From an uncultured delta proteobacterium (GTDB lineage: Bacteria > Myxococcota > Kuafuiibacteriia > Kuafuiibacteriales > Kuafuiibacteriaceae): a stretch of DNA of 64,000 nucleotides. The position numbers and the translations under genes are program-made. Of the stretch, positions 8,728 through 21,200 are shown piece after piece; positions within the stretch are counted from its first letter, which is position 1, and every line of letters begins with the position of its first letter. The stretch is taken from positions 1,280,001 to 1,344,000 of the forward strand of contig CAWDML010000009.1 in the NCBI GenBank assembly GCA_963803435.1, written 5' to 3'. A model generated the notes under the pieces. That model searched no databases, had not been told where the DNA came from, and saw only the letters and a program-made list of their open reading frames with translations.

Positions 8728-9768
8728 ATGAAGTCGTATGCCATGCTCGCCGTCCTGAGCCTCTCGCCCGCCTGCGTCACCTCGTACGCCGGCGAGAAGC
8801 CGATGTCGTTCTCCGAGGTCCCCTACGCGTCGGTCGACGGCAAGGCCTGGAAAGAGGAGCGGCTGCCGCTCCCCGGCGTCGCCAAGCTGTACGGGCTGCC
8901 CGACCCGCCGATGGTCGAGTACGTCGAGCTCAATCCTGACGGGCGGGAGACGATGCTCTTCGTCCACGGCCTCGGCTCGAACCTGAAGTTCTGGCGCTAC
9001 CAGCTCGACACGTTCGCGGGCGAGGGCTACCGCGTGGTGGCGCTGGACATGCTCGGCTACGGCAAGTCTGACAAGCCCGCGACCTTCCCGTACTCGATGG
9101 AGGCGATGGCGGACGTGGTCCACGAGCTCGCGCAGGCCCTCGACATCGAGCGCCCGATCCTCGTAGGGCACTCGATGGGCGGACACATCGCGCTCACGTA
9201 CGCGATCCGCTTCCCGGACGATCTCTCGGCGCTGATCCTGACCTCGCCGGCCGGCTTCGAGGTCTTCAGCCGGCGCGAGAAGGTCTGGTTCCGCGACGCA
9301 TTCTCCAGTGCACTGGTGAAGGGCGCCACTGAGGAGGCGATCTGGGGCAACGTCCGCAGCAACAACTTCGGCCGCTGGCGGCCCGAGTATGAGTGGTTGA
9401 TCGAGGAGCGGGTCCGCGTCGCGAAGACCCCAGAGTTCGATCAGTATGCATACGCCAACGTGAAGTCGGTGCAGGGACTCACGCAGACCGACTTCGTGCG
9501 GCAGAACCTGGACCGCATCAAGGTCCCCACGCTGATCGTCTACGGCACGCGCGATCGCCTCATCCCGAACCCGTTCATGCACGGCGGCGCCACCGGGGAC
9601 GTGATGGCCTACGGGCACGCGCACATCAAGGGGAGCCAGATGATCCCCCTCGCGGGCTGCGGGCACATGGTTCAGATCGACTGCAGCCAGCCGTTCAACG
9701 AGGACGTGCGGGAGTTCCTGCGGAAAGCGAGCGGCAGCACGGAAGCCGTGGCGCGCGACGCCGAGTGA
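8728..9768 (+). CDS. Exported alpha/beta hydrolase (esterase), probable lipoprotein
   Basis: FVHGLG, GYGKSDKP, GHSMGG, GTRDRLIP, CGHMVQ; N-terminal signal ending SPAC. Confidence 0.85.
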   Translation: MKSYAMLAVLSLSPACVTSYAGEKPMSFSEVPYASVDGKAWKEERLPLPGVAKLYGLPDPPMVEYVELNPDGRETMLFVHGLGSNLKFWRYQLDTFAGEGYRVVALDMLGYGKSDKPATFPYSMEAMADVVHELAQALDIERPILVGHSMGGHIALTYAIRFPDDLSALILTSPAGFEVFSRREKVWFRDAFSSALVKGATEEAIWGNVRSNNFGRWRPEYEWLIEERVRVAKTPEFDQYAYANVKSVQGLTQTDFVRQNLDRIKVPTLIVYGTRDRLIPNPFMHGGATGDVMAYGHAHIKGSQMIPLAGCGHMVQIDCSQPFNEDVREFLRKASGSTEAVARDAE

Positions 9769-9782
9769 GCTAAGATTCCCGG

Positions 9783-10838
9783 ATGGAGGTCCTGACCTTT
9801 CGGGGTACGCCACTCGAGATCGGGCAGGCGTTCGGCGAGTCCTGCCGGGGCGAGATCCCTGCGCTCTACGAGGCGCGGGTGTTGAACGCGATCGATCAAG
9901 CCAAACGACACGGCGGGAGGCAGGCGGGCGAGGCCGATGTGCTCGCCATCGCCGAGCGCTCGCTGCCGATCGTGCGCGCCCGTTATGCGATCGGGTACGA
10001 GGAGCTCACCGGCATCGCCGAGGGCTCGGGCCTGCCGGTGGCGAAGATCTGGGCGATGAACGCGCTGACCGATCTGCGCGACGTGCTGGCGTTCGGCAAG
10101 GGCGAGCCGGAGGGATGCACCGCGTTCGTGGTGCAACGGGATCGCGCGGCGAATGGTCATGGGTTCCTGGGGCAGACCTGGGATCTCGCCACCGACAACA
10201 TGCCGTACGTGCGGATCGTCCGCCGGGACGTCGAGGGCGGACCGTCGACGGCGAGCCTGACGCTGGTGGGCTGTCTCAGCCTGATCGGAATGAACGAGCA
10301 CGGGCTCGCCATCGGGACCACGAACCTGCGCACGCGCGACGCCCGGCCGGGCGTGAGCTACCTCGACGTGATCCACGACTTCCTGGGCCGGCGCGAGCTC
10401 GAGTCGGGCGCGAGGGCGGTCGTCAACGCCGAGCGCGCCGGCGCGCACTTCTACTTCGCGATGGACGGGGAGGGCGGCGCGGTCGCGATCGAGTGCTCCG
10501 CGCAGCAGGCGGTCCGGATCGACGTGGACCACGGGACGTACGTGCACACGAACCACGTGCTCGAGCCGGCCATCGCGGCCCTCGAGGCGCCGGTGCCGTA
10601 CGCCTCCTCCCGATGCCGCGCGTCGCGGATGGCCGACCTGCTCGCCGGCCCGCTGACACCCGAACAGGGGATGGGCTTCTTCGCGGATCACGAGGCAGGC
10701 GATCTGTCGATCTGCCGTCACGACTTCGACGGCATCACGAGCAACGGCGCGGTCGTGATGGTTCCGGCCGAACGAAAGATCTGGGCGATCCACGGGCCGC
10801 CCTGTCAGGGAGAGTGGATCGATGTCACCATCCCCTAG
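9783..10838 (+). CDS. C45 family autoproteolytic acyltransferase/hydrolase (Ntn hydrolase)
   Basis: GTPLEIGQAFG, EGCTAF autocleavage Cys, GQTWD, GMNEHGLAI, VHTNH. Confidence 0.85.
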   Translation: MEVLTFRGTPLEIGQAFGESCRGEIPALYEARVLNAIDQAKRHGGRQAGEADVLAIAERSLPIVRARYAIGYEELTGIAEGSGLPVAKIWAMNALTDLRDVLAFGKGEPEGCTAFVVQRDRAANGHGFLGQTWDLATDNMPYVRIVRRDVEGGPSTASLTLVGCLSLIGMNEHGLAIGTTNLRTRDARPGVSYLDVIHDFLGRRELESGARAVVNAERAGAHFYFAMDGEGGAVAIECSAQQAVRIDVDHGTYVHTNHVLEPAIAALEAPVPYASSRCRASRMADLLAGPLTPEQGMGFFADHEAGDLSICRHDFDGITSNGAVVMVPAERKIWAIHGPPCQGEWIDVTIP

Positions 10839-10881
10839 TCCTGGAACCGAGATCCCTCACACGACGAACTAGGAGATCGCC

Positions 10882-11442
10882 ATGAGCTCGATCGCGCTCA
10901 ACGAGAAAGACACGCTGCTCCTGGTGATCGACGTCCAGGAGCGGCTCGCGCCCGCGATGGCGCCGGTGCTCTACGGCCGGCTGATCGAGAACATGCGCCG
11001 GTTCGGGACGGCGCGGTCGGTGCTCGACCTGCCGGTCATCGTCACCGAGCAGTACCCCAAGGGGCTCGGGAGCACCGTGGCGCCGATCCGGGAGGCGCTC
11101 GGCGACGGAGGACCCGCCCACGAGAAGATCTCCTTCTCCGCCATGGGGGACGAGGGCATCGCGAAGGCGCTCGAGTCCATCGGGCGCCAGAGTATCGTGG
11201 TGGCCGGCATGGAGACCCACATCTGCGTGTATCAGACCGCCCGCGATCTCGTGGATGCGGGGTTTCGGGTGCACGTGCTGGCGGACGCGGTCGCCTCTCG
11301 CACCGAGGACAACTACTCGATCGGACTCGCGCTGATGCAAAAGGCGGGCGCCGCGATCTCCTCCACCGAGACCGTGCTGTTCGACCTCCTCGGACGTGCG
11401 GGCACCGATGCGTTCCGGACGATCTCGAAGCTGGTGCGCTGA
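10882..11442 (+). CDS. Isochorismatase-family cysteine hydrolase
   Basis: LLVIDVQERL, TEQYPKGLGST, KISFSA, GMETHICVYQTA; AGGAG RBS. Confidence 0.9.
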   Translation: MSSIALNEKDTLLLVIDVQERLAPAMAPVLYGRLIENMRRFGTARSVLDLPVIVTEQYPKGLGSTVAPIREALGDGGPAHEKISFSAMGDEGIAKALESIGRQSIVVAGMETHICVYQTARDLVDAGFRVHVLADAVASRTEDNYSIGLALMQKAGAAISSTETVLFDLLGRAGTDAFRTISKLVR

Positions 11443-11507
11443 AAGGATACGTTTCCGGCGGCCCGGAAGTTGACGGGATCCCAGGATCGAGCGATTTTGC
11501 GGCCGTC

Positions 11508-12149
11508 GTGCGGAGATCCGTTCCGATCCTCCTCGCCGCGCTCCTCTCCACCTCTGTCCTGGTCCCCGCGCGGGCTCGGGCGCAGAGCGACAAGGAGGTC
11601 GCCGAGGAAGGGCCGAAGGTCCAGCAGATCCGGTCGGTGGAGCGGGGCTTCTTCCTCGAGACCGAGGGCGGGGTCGGCTTCATCGTCAACAAGATCGACG
11701 GTCACAAGTATGGCGTGACCGCGCCGGTGATCGGCCTGTTCCTCGGCTACGACATCCTCGAGATCCTCAACATCTCGCTGGGCGCCAGCATCATGGCCGT
11801 CTCGGCGGCGAGCGATCCGGCCAACCCGGAGCCGGCGCCGGTCGGCGATCTCTTCTTCGTGATGCCGCAGGTTCGCGTGCAGTTCGCGGTGCTCACCACC
11901 GAGCGCAACTTTCTCTGGATCCACGCCCATGGCGGCTTCGGGCTGGGCCTTCCGGGGAAGATCGACGTGGAGGGGACCGAGCTCGACCACGGCGGCAACG
12001 GCCCGATCTTCGGAGGCGGCCTCGGCTTCGAGCACTTCACGAAGCTCCGCCACTTCTCGATCGGTGCCCTGGCAGGGGCCGAGATCGCCACGAAGCCCGG
12101 ATGGGCGGTCGCCGTGACGATCGCTCCGATGGTGAAGTACACCTTCTGA
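11508..12149 (+). CDS. gltH: Gliding motility outer-membrane protein CglE/GltH-like
   Basis: Signal peptide, VERGFF motif, small beta-barrel ending EHFTKLRHFSIG...VKYTF; synteny with gltI and gltJ. Confidence 0.7.
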   Translation: MRRSVPILLAALLSTSVLVPARARAQSDKEVAEEGPKVQQIRSVERGFFLETEGGVGFIVNKIDGHKYGVTAPVIGLFLGYDILEILNISLGASIMAVSAASDPANPEPAPVGDLFFVMPQVRVQFAVLTTERNFLWIHAHGGFGLGLPGKIDVEGTELDHGGNGPIFGGGLGFEHFTKLRHFSIGALAGAEIATKPGWAVAVTIAPMVKYTF

Positions 12150-12224
12150 GCCTGAGACCTACACCTCGGCAAAGCCGGTTCCTCAGGTGGACGGTGTGAC
12201 AGGTCACGGCTATCGTCCGGTACG

Positions 12225-15200
12225 ATGCCCGAACCAGAGGTCCGCGCGCCCGGCGAGGAGCCCGTGGTGACCAGCGTCGCCACCGAATCGCGGCCACCAT
12301 CTCGGACGAATGGTGGGAGCATCGACCTCTTCCAGTCGCTCGACTCGGACGGGATCTTGGATGAAGCCGCCTTCAGCGCGGTCGAAGCGGAGCTGATCGA
12401 AACCGAGCGGTGGGTCGACCTCGCCGCGCTGTACGCGCTGGGTGCCGAGCGTGCGCCGGAGGGCGAGGTCGGGCTTCGGATGATGCTTTCCGCCGGACTC
12501 CTCTGGCACGAGAAGCTCGGCGACGATCGCAAGGCGGAGCCGCATCTTCGCCGAGTCCTCGCGCTCGACCCGGACTCGATCGACGCGCTGGACGGTCTTC
12601 GCGCCATCTGCACGGACGCCGGTCGCTTCGGTGAGGCGGCGGCCCTCTTGGACCGCTCGATCGCGGTCTCGCACGACGAGGACAAGCCGGATCTGCTCGT
12701 CTCCCTGGCGGAGATGGTCCATCGCGAGCTGCGGCAGGTCGACCGGGCGCTGGCGGCGTTGCGCTTCGCGTTCGAGCTCGATCCGTCGCGGCTCGACGTG
12801 CTCCGCCGCGCGCGCGCGATCTTCATCCAGGAGGAGCGCTGGATCGACGCCAAGCGCGTGCTGGACGACGAGGCCCGGGCCGTGCTCGGCGATCTCCTCG
12901 ACTCGCCCGAGGAGGCGCCGAAGGGCGACGGCTCGGACGGGATCGCCGAGTCGTATCGACAGCTCGGCGTCCACCTGCTGGGACACGCCTCCCTCCACAA
13001 GGTGGCGGAGGAGTGTCTGGTGCGGGCGCGCCAGCTCGGCGACGAGGAGGCCCTCAGCAAGCTCGATGAGCTAGCCCACCAGCGCAAAGATTGGGAGGCG
13101 CGCGCCGCCGCGTACCGGGACGAGGGCTTCGAGGCCCGCGACAAGCGGCGGGCGGCCCAGCTGTACCTCCGGGCAGCCGAGCTCTTTCACGAGTATGGCA
13201 AGGACCCGATCCGGGCGGAGGAGTACCTCGACCGCTGCTTGCTCCTGAGCCCGGGCTACGCCCCGGCGCTCCGGTTCATCGAGACCACGCGCCGTGCCCC
13301 GGACAAGCGCCAGGACCTGATCAAGAAGCTCAACGCGATCTCGACCGGGGTGAAGGATTCCGCGGTGAAGGCGGAGATCCTGCTGCGGGTGGCGCAGCTG
13401 ATGGAGGCCGAGGCCGCCGAGGCGAAGAGCCCCGAGGAGATTGACCTCGAGGGCATCATCAACGCCTACCGCCGTACGCTCGCCATCGTGCCGGGGCACC
13501 GCGACTCGGTGGCGCGGCTCGACGAGGTCCTCGAGGGCGCGGGCCGGCACGCGGATTCGGGCGCAGATGCTGGAGGCCCAGCTGGCCGCGGTCGCCGACG
13601 AGTATCAAAAGACGATCACGCACCTCGAGCTCGGCCGCATCTACGCCGAGCTGGTGGGCGACTCGGAGCGGGCGCGCAATCACTTCGAAGCAGTGCTGGC
13701 CGTCAGCCCCACGCACTTCGGCGCGGCCTCGGCGCTGCGCGCGCTCTACAAGGACGCGCAGGAGCAGCCGCTCTTGCTGGGCGTCCTCAAGGTCCTGGTC
13801 GACTACAGCCCCGACCTCTTCTCCCGGCTGGAGATGCTCTCGCAGATGCGGGACGTCGCCAAAGAGGTGAGCCGTGAGGAGGAGCTCAACATCTGCCGTC
13901 AGATCTTCGAGATCGATCCGAACGCGGGCGGCGTGCGGCAACGGCTGGAGGAGCTGGCCACCGAGCTGGGGCGCTTCAAGGCCCTCGCCGACACGCTGGT
14001 CTTCACGGCGGATCGAAAGCGCGGCGAAAAGGCGGCCGAGCTCTACGCCGCCGCGGGGCGCATCTACGACGAGAAGCTGCCGCGGCCGGGCGATGCGATC
14101 CGCGCGTACAAGCGGGCGCTGGAGCTGAACCCGACCAACGCGGATCTGCATGATGCGCTGGAGCGCCTCCTCCGGCAGCAGGACGATCCGGCGGCGCTGG
14201 TCGAGGTCCTGAAGAGCCAGCTGGCGCGCAACGACGATCCGGAGAAAGAACCGATCCTGATGTCGAAGATCGCCGACGTGCTCGATCGGGAGCTCGGCGA
14301 TCTCGACGCGGCCGTCGAGATGTTCAACCGCGTGCTCGAGAAGGCGCCTGCGAATGCTCCTGCGCTGACCAGCCTCGACGATCTCTACCGGCGCAAGGGC
14401 GACTTCGAGCGGCAGGCGCAGATCCTGGTGCGGCGCGCCGCCAACGCGGAGGATCCGAACGAGCTGGCCGAGCTCACGATGCGGCGCGCCCGACTGCTCG
14501 ACGAGCGGCTCGGCAAGAAGGAGCAGGCCGCCGAGCTGTACCTGGAGGTGCTGGCCCGGAGCGCGGATCACGGCGAAGTGGTCGAAGCGCTGGCATCGCT
14601 GGTGTCGGCGGGCGTGATGCCCTTTTCCATCGCCAAGGCGCTCGAGCCCATCTACGCGCAGCAGGGCGAGCCGGCCAAGCAGCTCGAGATGCTGGAGGCG
14701 ATCGTCGATCACGGCAACGATCCGGCCGAGCGCAAGGCGGCCGCGTTCAAGGCGGCGACCCTGGCGGAGCATCGACTGAGCGACGCGCCGGCGGCGCTGC
14801 GGAGCTGGACGAAGGCCCTCGCCCTCGATCCCTCCTCGGAGGAGGCGCGGGGCAGCGTGCTGCGGCTAGCGCAGGCGACCGGGCAGCTCACGGAGGCAGC
14901 GGCAACGCTCGACTCGATCCTGACCCGCTACGAGCTGGCGCCCGATGTGGTCTCACAGCTCTCCTCGGCGCTCGGCGATCTGTACGACGGAGGCCTCGGC
15001 GAGAAGACCAAGGCCATCGAGATGTACCACAAGGCCGTCGACGCCGACGGCAGCAACGCGGCCGCGATCAGCGCGCTCGAGCGACTGCTGGGCGCGGAGT
15101 CGCGGTGGCAGGAGCTGACCGAGCTGCTCGAGGATCGGATCGAGCGCTCGGACGAGAAGGCGGCGAAGCTTCAGCTCGGCCTGTCGCTGGCCTCGATCAG

Positions 15201-18200
15201 GGAGCAGCACCTCCAGGATCTGGAGGGCGCCATCAAGGCATATCGCGACGTGCTGGCGATCGAGCCCAAGGAGAGCACGGCGCTCTCCAAGCTGGCCGAG
15301 GCGCTCGAGAAGCAGGAGCGGTATCGGGAGCTGATCACGGTGCTCGACCGCATGCGGGAGGCCAGCGATCGCCGCGACTTCCAGGCGGCGATCGAGGTGA
15401 AGATCGGCGGTGTCCTCGAGAGCAACCTCGACGAGCCCAAGGACGCCGTCGCGCGGTACAAGCATGCGCTCGACCTGGAGTGGCTCAACCCGGGCGCGAT
15501 CCGCGGGCTCGAGCTCCTGCTCGACGACAAGGAGCTCAAGGCGGAGGTGGGCCGGGTCCTGATCCCTTGCTACACGGAGCTCGGCCGCCACCGGGATCTG
15601 GTCGCGGTCCTGGAGACCCAGCTGGCACCTTCGCTGACGCCGGATCGGCGGAAGCAGATCTACTATCAGATCGCCGAGACCGAGGAGCATCACCTCGATC
15701 AACCGGAAGAGGCGTTCGACACGCTGGCGCGGGCGGCGCGCGAAGGCTTGATCAGCGACGCGGAGCGGCCGCGGCTGACGGCGCTGGCGCTCAAGGCGAA
15801 CCGGGCGAAGGCGCTGGCGGAGCTGTACGAGGATCTGCTGGCGGCCAGCGAGGGCCGCGACCAGGCGCTCGATCGGGAGCTGGCGCGGCTGTACGACGGT
15901 GCCGCAGCGGATCCGGGCCGCGCCGAGCAGGCGTACAAGCGGGTGCTCGAGCATTCGCCGAACGACCCCGAGGCGCTGGAGGCGCTCGAGCGGCTGACCG
16001 CGTCGGGAGACGATCCGAACGCGCTCGCCGAGGTCCTCTTGAAGCGCGCGGCGGCGGCCGCAGAGACCACCGAGAAGGTCGCGTTCCTGAAGCGCGCGTC
16101 CGCGATCTACGAGGAGGCCGTCGAGGATCTCGCCAAGGCCATCGAATCGATGGAGCGGGCCCGGGACATCGATCGCGAGGACCGGACCACCTGGCAGGAG
16201 CTCCAGCGCCTGTTCGCGCTGGCCGGCGATCGGCCCCAGGTGCGCGACGCGCTGCGGGCGGAGGCGGACCTGATCGAGGAGCCGCTCCAGCGGGCGAACG
16301 TGCGCGTGAAGCTGGCCGAGCTCCTGATCGAGCTGGGCGATTCGGAGCCCGCGATCGACGAGCTCTCGATGGCGCTCGGCGCGATGCCCGAGCACCAGGC
16401 GGCGCGCGAGGGGCTCGAGCGGCTGATGCTGGCCGGCGCCGGCGCCGGGGTGAAGGCGGCCACCGCGCTGGAGCCGGTGTATCGCGCCGCGGGCGACTGG
16501 GCGCACCTGGTCGAGGCCTACGAGATCCTGGCGGCGGCGTCGCAGGATCAGGCGGAGCGGGTCGAGCGGCTGGTCGCGATCCGATCGATCTACGAGGAGC
16601 GCCTCGGTCGCCTCGACAAGGCCTTCCAGGCGGCGGCCCGCGCCTACAAAGAGGCGCCCGACAACGACGAGGTGCTGACCGCGCTCGAGCACCTCGGCAA
16701 GATGTCGGGGCAGATCGACGAGTTCCTCGGCATCCTCGAGGATCAGGCCGACGCGCTGCCGTACGTCAGCGAGGAGCGGCACGCGGTCCGGGTGAAGATC
16801 GCCCGCGCCACCGAGAACCTGGTCAGCCAGCGCACGCGCGTGCTCGACGCCTGGAAGCGCGTCCTCGATGAGCGGCCCGACAGCCTGGTGGCGCTCAACG
16901 CGCTCGAGGTCCAGTACCGGCGCGGCGGTGAGGCGAGGGAGCTGGTCGAGATCCTGCGCGCGATGGCCGGCGTGCTCGAGGAGACCTCGGAGCGGACCAG
17001 CCGCCTGCGCCAGGCAGCCCAGATCCTCGACGAGAAGCTGGGCGATCGGGCCGGCGCGGCCCGGCTCTACGAGCAGGTGATCATGCTCGACCCCCGCGAG
17101 CTCGAGGCCCTGTCCCGGCTCGACGCGATCTACACCCGCGCCCGGGCCCATGAGGAGCTGGCCCGGATCCTCGAGGCCGAGGTGGTCGCGAGCGAGGGCG
17201 AGGAGCGGGCCCGGTTCGCCCTGCGGCTCGGCCAGCTGAAGCGCAGCTCGCTGGAAGATCCCCGGGGCGCCCTCAAGGCGTACGCCGGGATCCTGGCCGA
17301 GGCAGACGAGGAGGGCGCGGCCTACGAGGGTGCGGTCGAGGCGGTCGACGAGCTGATCGAGGCCCTCAAGGTGAAGCAGCCCGAGCTGGTCGCCGAGGCG
17401 GCCACGCTGATCGAGCAGCACTGGGTGAAGAAGGGCATGCCGCTGAAGGTGGTGGCGGCCAAGGAGGCCCGGATCGCCGCGGCCACCGAGCCGGAGGCGC
17501 GCCGCGGGCTCCTCCTGGAGATCGGCCACCTCTACGAACGCGAGCTCGAGCAGCCGGAGATGGCCTTCCTGGCGCTCACGCGCGCGTACAGCGAGACACC
17601 CAGCGACGGGGAGCTCGCCAACGAGCTGGAGCGGCTGGCCTCGCTCGCCGACACCGAGGAGGAGCTCGCCGATCTCTACGCGCAGGTCCTCCCGTCGATC
17701 GACGAGGCGGAGATGGCGCTCCGGCTGGCGCGCCGCACCGCGCACATCTACGACCACGTGCTGGCGCGCGGTGAGACCGCGGTCCCGTACTACAACAAGA
17801 TCCTGGGGCTCGTCCCCGACGACGCCTCCGCGCTCACCGCGCTCGAGCGCATCCATCGGCGTGCCGGCAACTCGAACGCGCTGGTCGAGGTCTACCGCGG
17901 AATGCTGCGGCTGGCGGTCGAGGAGAAGGCTCAGCAGAAGACGCTCTGGAGCCAGATCGCCGACATCATGGAGTCGGACCTCGAGGACGACGAGGGCGCC
18001 TTCGAGGCCTACGGCGAGATGCTGGTGCTGGCGCCGGGCGACATGGCGGTCATCAAGAAGATGTCCGCGCTCTGCGAGCGCTCGGGTCGCCTGGAAGACC
18101 TGGCGGTGATGTACCTGAAGCACGCCGCGCTGTCCGACAGTCCGGACGACAAGGCGCAGGTCCTCTTGAAGCTGGGGACGCTGAGGAAGGACCGCCTGGA

Positions 18201-21200
18201 CGATCCGGTCGGGGCCGTGGAGGCGTTCTCGAGCGTGCTCGAGCTGAGACCCCGGGACCCGGGCGCGATCGCGGGGCTCTCCGCGATCCTCCGCGAGGAC
18301 CAAGGTCCGGCCCGGCCGGCCGCGGCGCGCACGCTGGGGACCGTCTACCAGAAGAGCGGCGCGTTCGAGGAGTACATCGTCTGTCTCCAGGCGCAGGTCG
18401 AGGCGAGCCGGAGCTCGCCGGAGCGCAAGGACCTCTTGGCCGAGATCGCGGAGGTCTACGAGCAGCGGCTGGGCCGTCCCGAGCACGCGTTCACCTACGC
18501 CTGCCGGGCGCTCCACGAGGATCTCTCGGACGAGACGATCCGCGCCCAGGCGGAGCGGCTCGCGAAGGAGAACGGCGCCCAGGAGGAGCTGGCCGGGTTC
18601 TATCTCGACGTGGTGGACTCGGTGACCGATCACGAGCTGGCCGTCCACCTGCGCCGCCGCGTCGCCGAGATCTACGACCACGATCTGGCGGACGTGAGCC
18701 GCGCGATCGCGGAGTACAACAAGATCCTCGACGTCGCGCCGGGCGACGCGGAGGGCCTGCAGGCCCTCGAGCGGCTCTACAAGAAGGCGGGCTCCTTCGG
18801 CTCGCTGGCCGACGTGTACCGTCGTCGCATCGCGCAGGCCGAGGACGACGGCGCGCGCCTGCGGTTGATGCGCGAGTTCGCGCGGCTGCAAGCGAACGAG
18901 CTCGGCGACGCACCGGGCGCGATCGCGACGCTGCGGCGCCTGCTCGAGATCGAGCCGGGCGACGTCGACGCGCTGTCGCGGCTGGCGAAGCTCTGCAAGC
19001 AACAGGGCCGCGCCTCCGAGCTGGCCGACGTGCTCGAGCGGCTGATCGACGCCGCCGCGGACGGCTCCGAGGAGGCGCTCGACGCCCGGTTCGATCTCGC
19101 CAAGCTGAAGGCCGAGCGCCTGGGCGATCTGGCCGGGGCCGACAAGCTGCTCGAAGAGGTGCTGGTCGCGAACCCGACCCACGAGGAGGCGCGCGACTTC
19201 CTTCAGGATCGATTCGAGGACGCGGTCGCGGAGGAAAACCGAGAGGCGGCCCAGGCGACCGGCGAGATCCTGTCGACGGCGATGCGCAGGGCTGAGCAGT
19301 GGTCCGAGCTGATCTCGGTGCTACGGATGCGGTCCGATCTGGCGGCCAGCTCACGCGAGCGCGTGCCGCTGAACCGCGAGATCGCCGCGGTGTACCGAGA
19401 CAAGCTGGAGCAGCCGGAGCTCGCCTTCAACACGCTGGCGCAGGTCTTTCAGGACGTGCCCGGCATGTCCGACGTGCGCGCCGACCTGGAGGCGCTCGCC
19501 GAGCAGCTCCTGTTCTACGAGGAGCTGGTCGACGTCCTCGACGCCAGCCTGCCCGAGATCCGCGACCCCGAGCTCGCCGAGGAGATCGAGCGCCGCGTCG
19601 CCGAGCTCACCGAGGACAAGCTCGGCGATCGCGAGCGGGCGGCGGCGGCCTGGCGGCGGGTGATCGAGCGGACCCCGCTCGATCCGAGGGGGCTCGAGTC
19701 GCTCGATCGCCTGAACCAGGCGCTCGGCCTCTGGGCCGCCCAGACCGACGTGCTGGAGAAGCGGGTCGGGCTGGCCGAGGTCAAGACCGAGCGTCACGCG
19801 CTCCTGGTCCGGCTGGCGGCGATCTGGGACGAGCGTCTGGGCGAGCGCGAGGAGGCGATCAATTGGTACCGCCTGGCGCTCGAGCTGGTGCCCGAGGACA
19901 AGGAGACGCTGACAGCCCTCTCGCTGTTGCTCGATCAGGAGTCCCAGGCCGAGGAGCTGTACGACGTGCTCCGGGCGCTGGCCGAGCACTACGAGCCCGG
20001 GCGCGATCAGGTCCGCATCCTCACGCGGATGGCCGAGCTGGCCGGCGGCGTGCTGGGTAAGTCGCTCAACGGGATCGAGCTGTGGAAGGCAGTGCTCGAT
20101 CAGGACGCCCAGAACCAGGCCGCCAAGAAGGGTCTGGAGGAGCTCTACGAGAAGGAGGGGCACTGGGCCGAGCTCGCCGAGCTCCTGGAGAAGCAGCTCG
20201 ATCTGGCGCGAAACGAGAAGGAGCTCACGCGGCTCCAGCGCAAGCTGGGGCTGATCAAGGGCACGCGTCTCGGGAGCACCGACGAGGCGATCCGCTCCTG
20301 GTCCGAGATCCTCAAGCGCAACCCGAACGACGTCGAGGCCCTGGGCGCGCTCCGCCAGATCTACCGGGAGGCGAGCCGCTGGGAGGATCTGATCGGGACC
20401 CTGCGCAAGCTGATCCCGCTGCAGCTGGAGGCCAGCGGCGTCAAGGAGATCCGCTTCGAGCTGGCCGAGGTCTTCCTCTCCAAGGTCAACCAGCGCGAGG
20501 AGGCGATCGAGAGCGCCAAGCGCGTGCTCGACGTCGAGCCGCACACCATCGCCGAGCTGATGCGGCTCGAGGAGATCTTCGTCCAGACCGGCGCCTACGG
20601 CGAGGCGGTCAAGGTGATGAACGAGCGCGCCGACCAGGCGGAGTCGGAGGGCGAGAAGGTCGAGATCCTCTTCGAGATCGCGCGGATCTACGAGGAGAAG
20701 ATCCACCGAAAAGGCGGCGCCGGCGCCGCCTACGAGAAGATCCTCCAGCTCGAGTCGACCAGCGGTAAGGCGTACGACGCGCTCTCCACGATCTACGAGC
20801 AAAACGGCGACTACCGAAAGCTGGTCGAGCTGATCAACCGGCGGCTCGAGATCACCGAGGCGGCCGACGAGCGCAAGAAGCTGCTGTTCCGGATCATCGA
20901 TATCCAGGAGCGCTGGCTGGGGCAGCCGGAGCTCGCGTTCACGGCCGCCTGCCGTGCGTTCGCGGAGGAGGGGGCCGACGAGAACGCGCAGAAGATGGCG
21001 GAGCGGCTCGCGGACGAGACGGACAACTGGGAGATCCTGGCCGAGGTCTATCGAGGAGCACGTCGATCAGGTGAACGTCGCGCGCCAGATCGATCTCCGA
21101 AAGCGCCTCGGCGAGATCTACCTCGACAAGCTCGGCGAGCCCGACGAGGCCGAGGAGCAGCTCAACCTGGTGCTCTCGCTGCGGCCCGAGGATGAAGGCG

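Noticed and set aside
9783-11442. Beta-lactam or siderophore biosynthesis suggested by the C45 and isochorismatase family names
   Set aside because: Both are widespread generic hydrolases, and there are no NRPS or pathway genes nearby
14953-19182. 1409-aa minus-strand ORF and many other long antisense or alternate-frame ORFs in the track
   Set aside because: Shadow ORFs expected in high-GC DNA opposite real genes; low-complexity Arg/Ala/Gly-rich translations with no motifs
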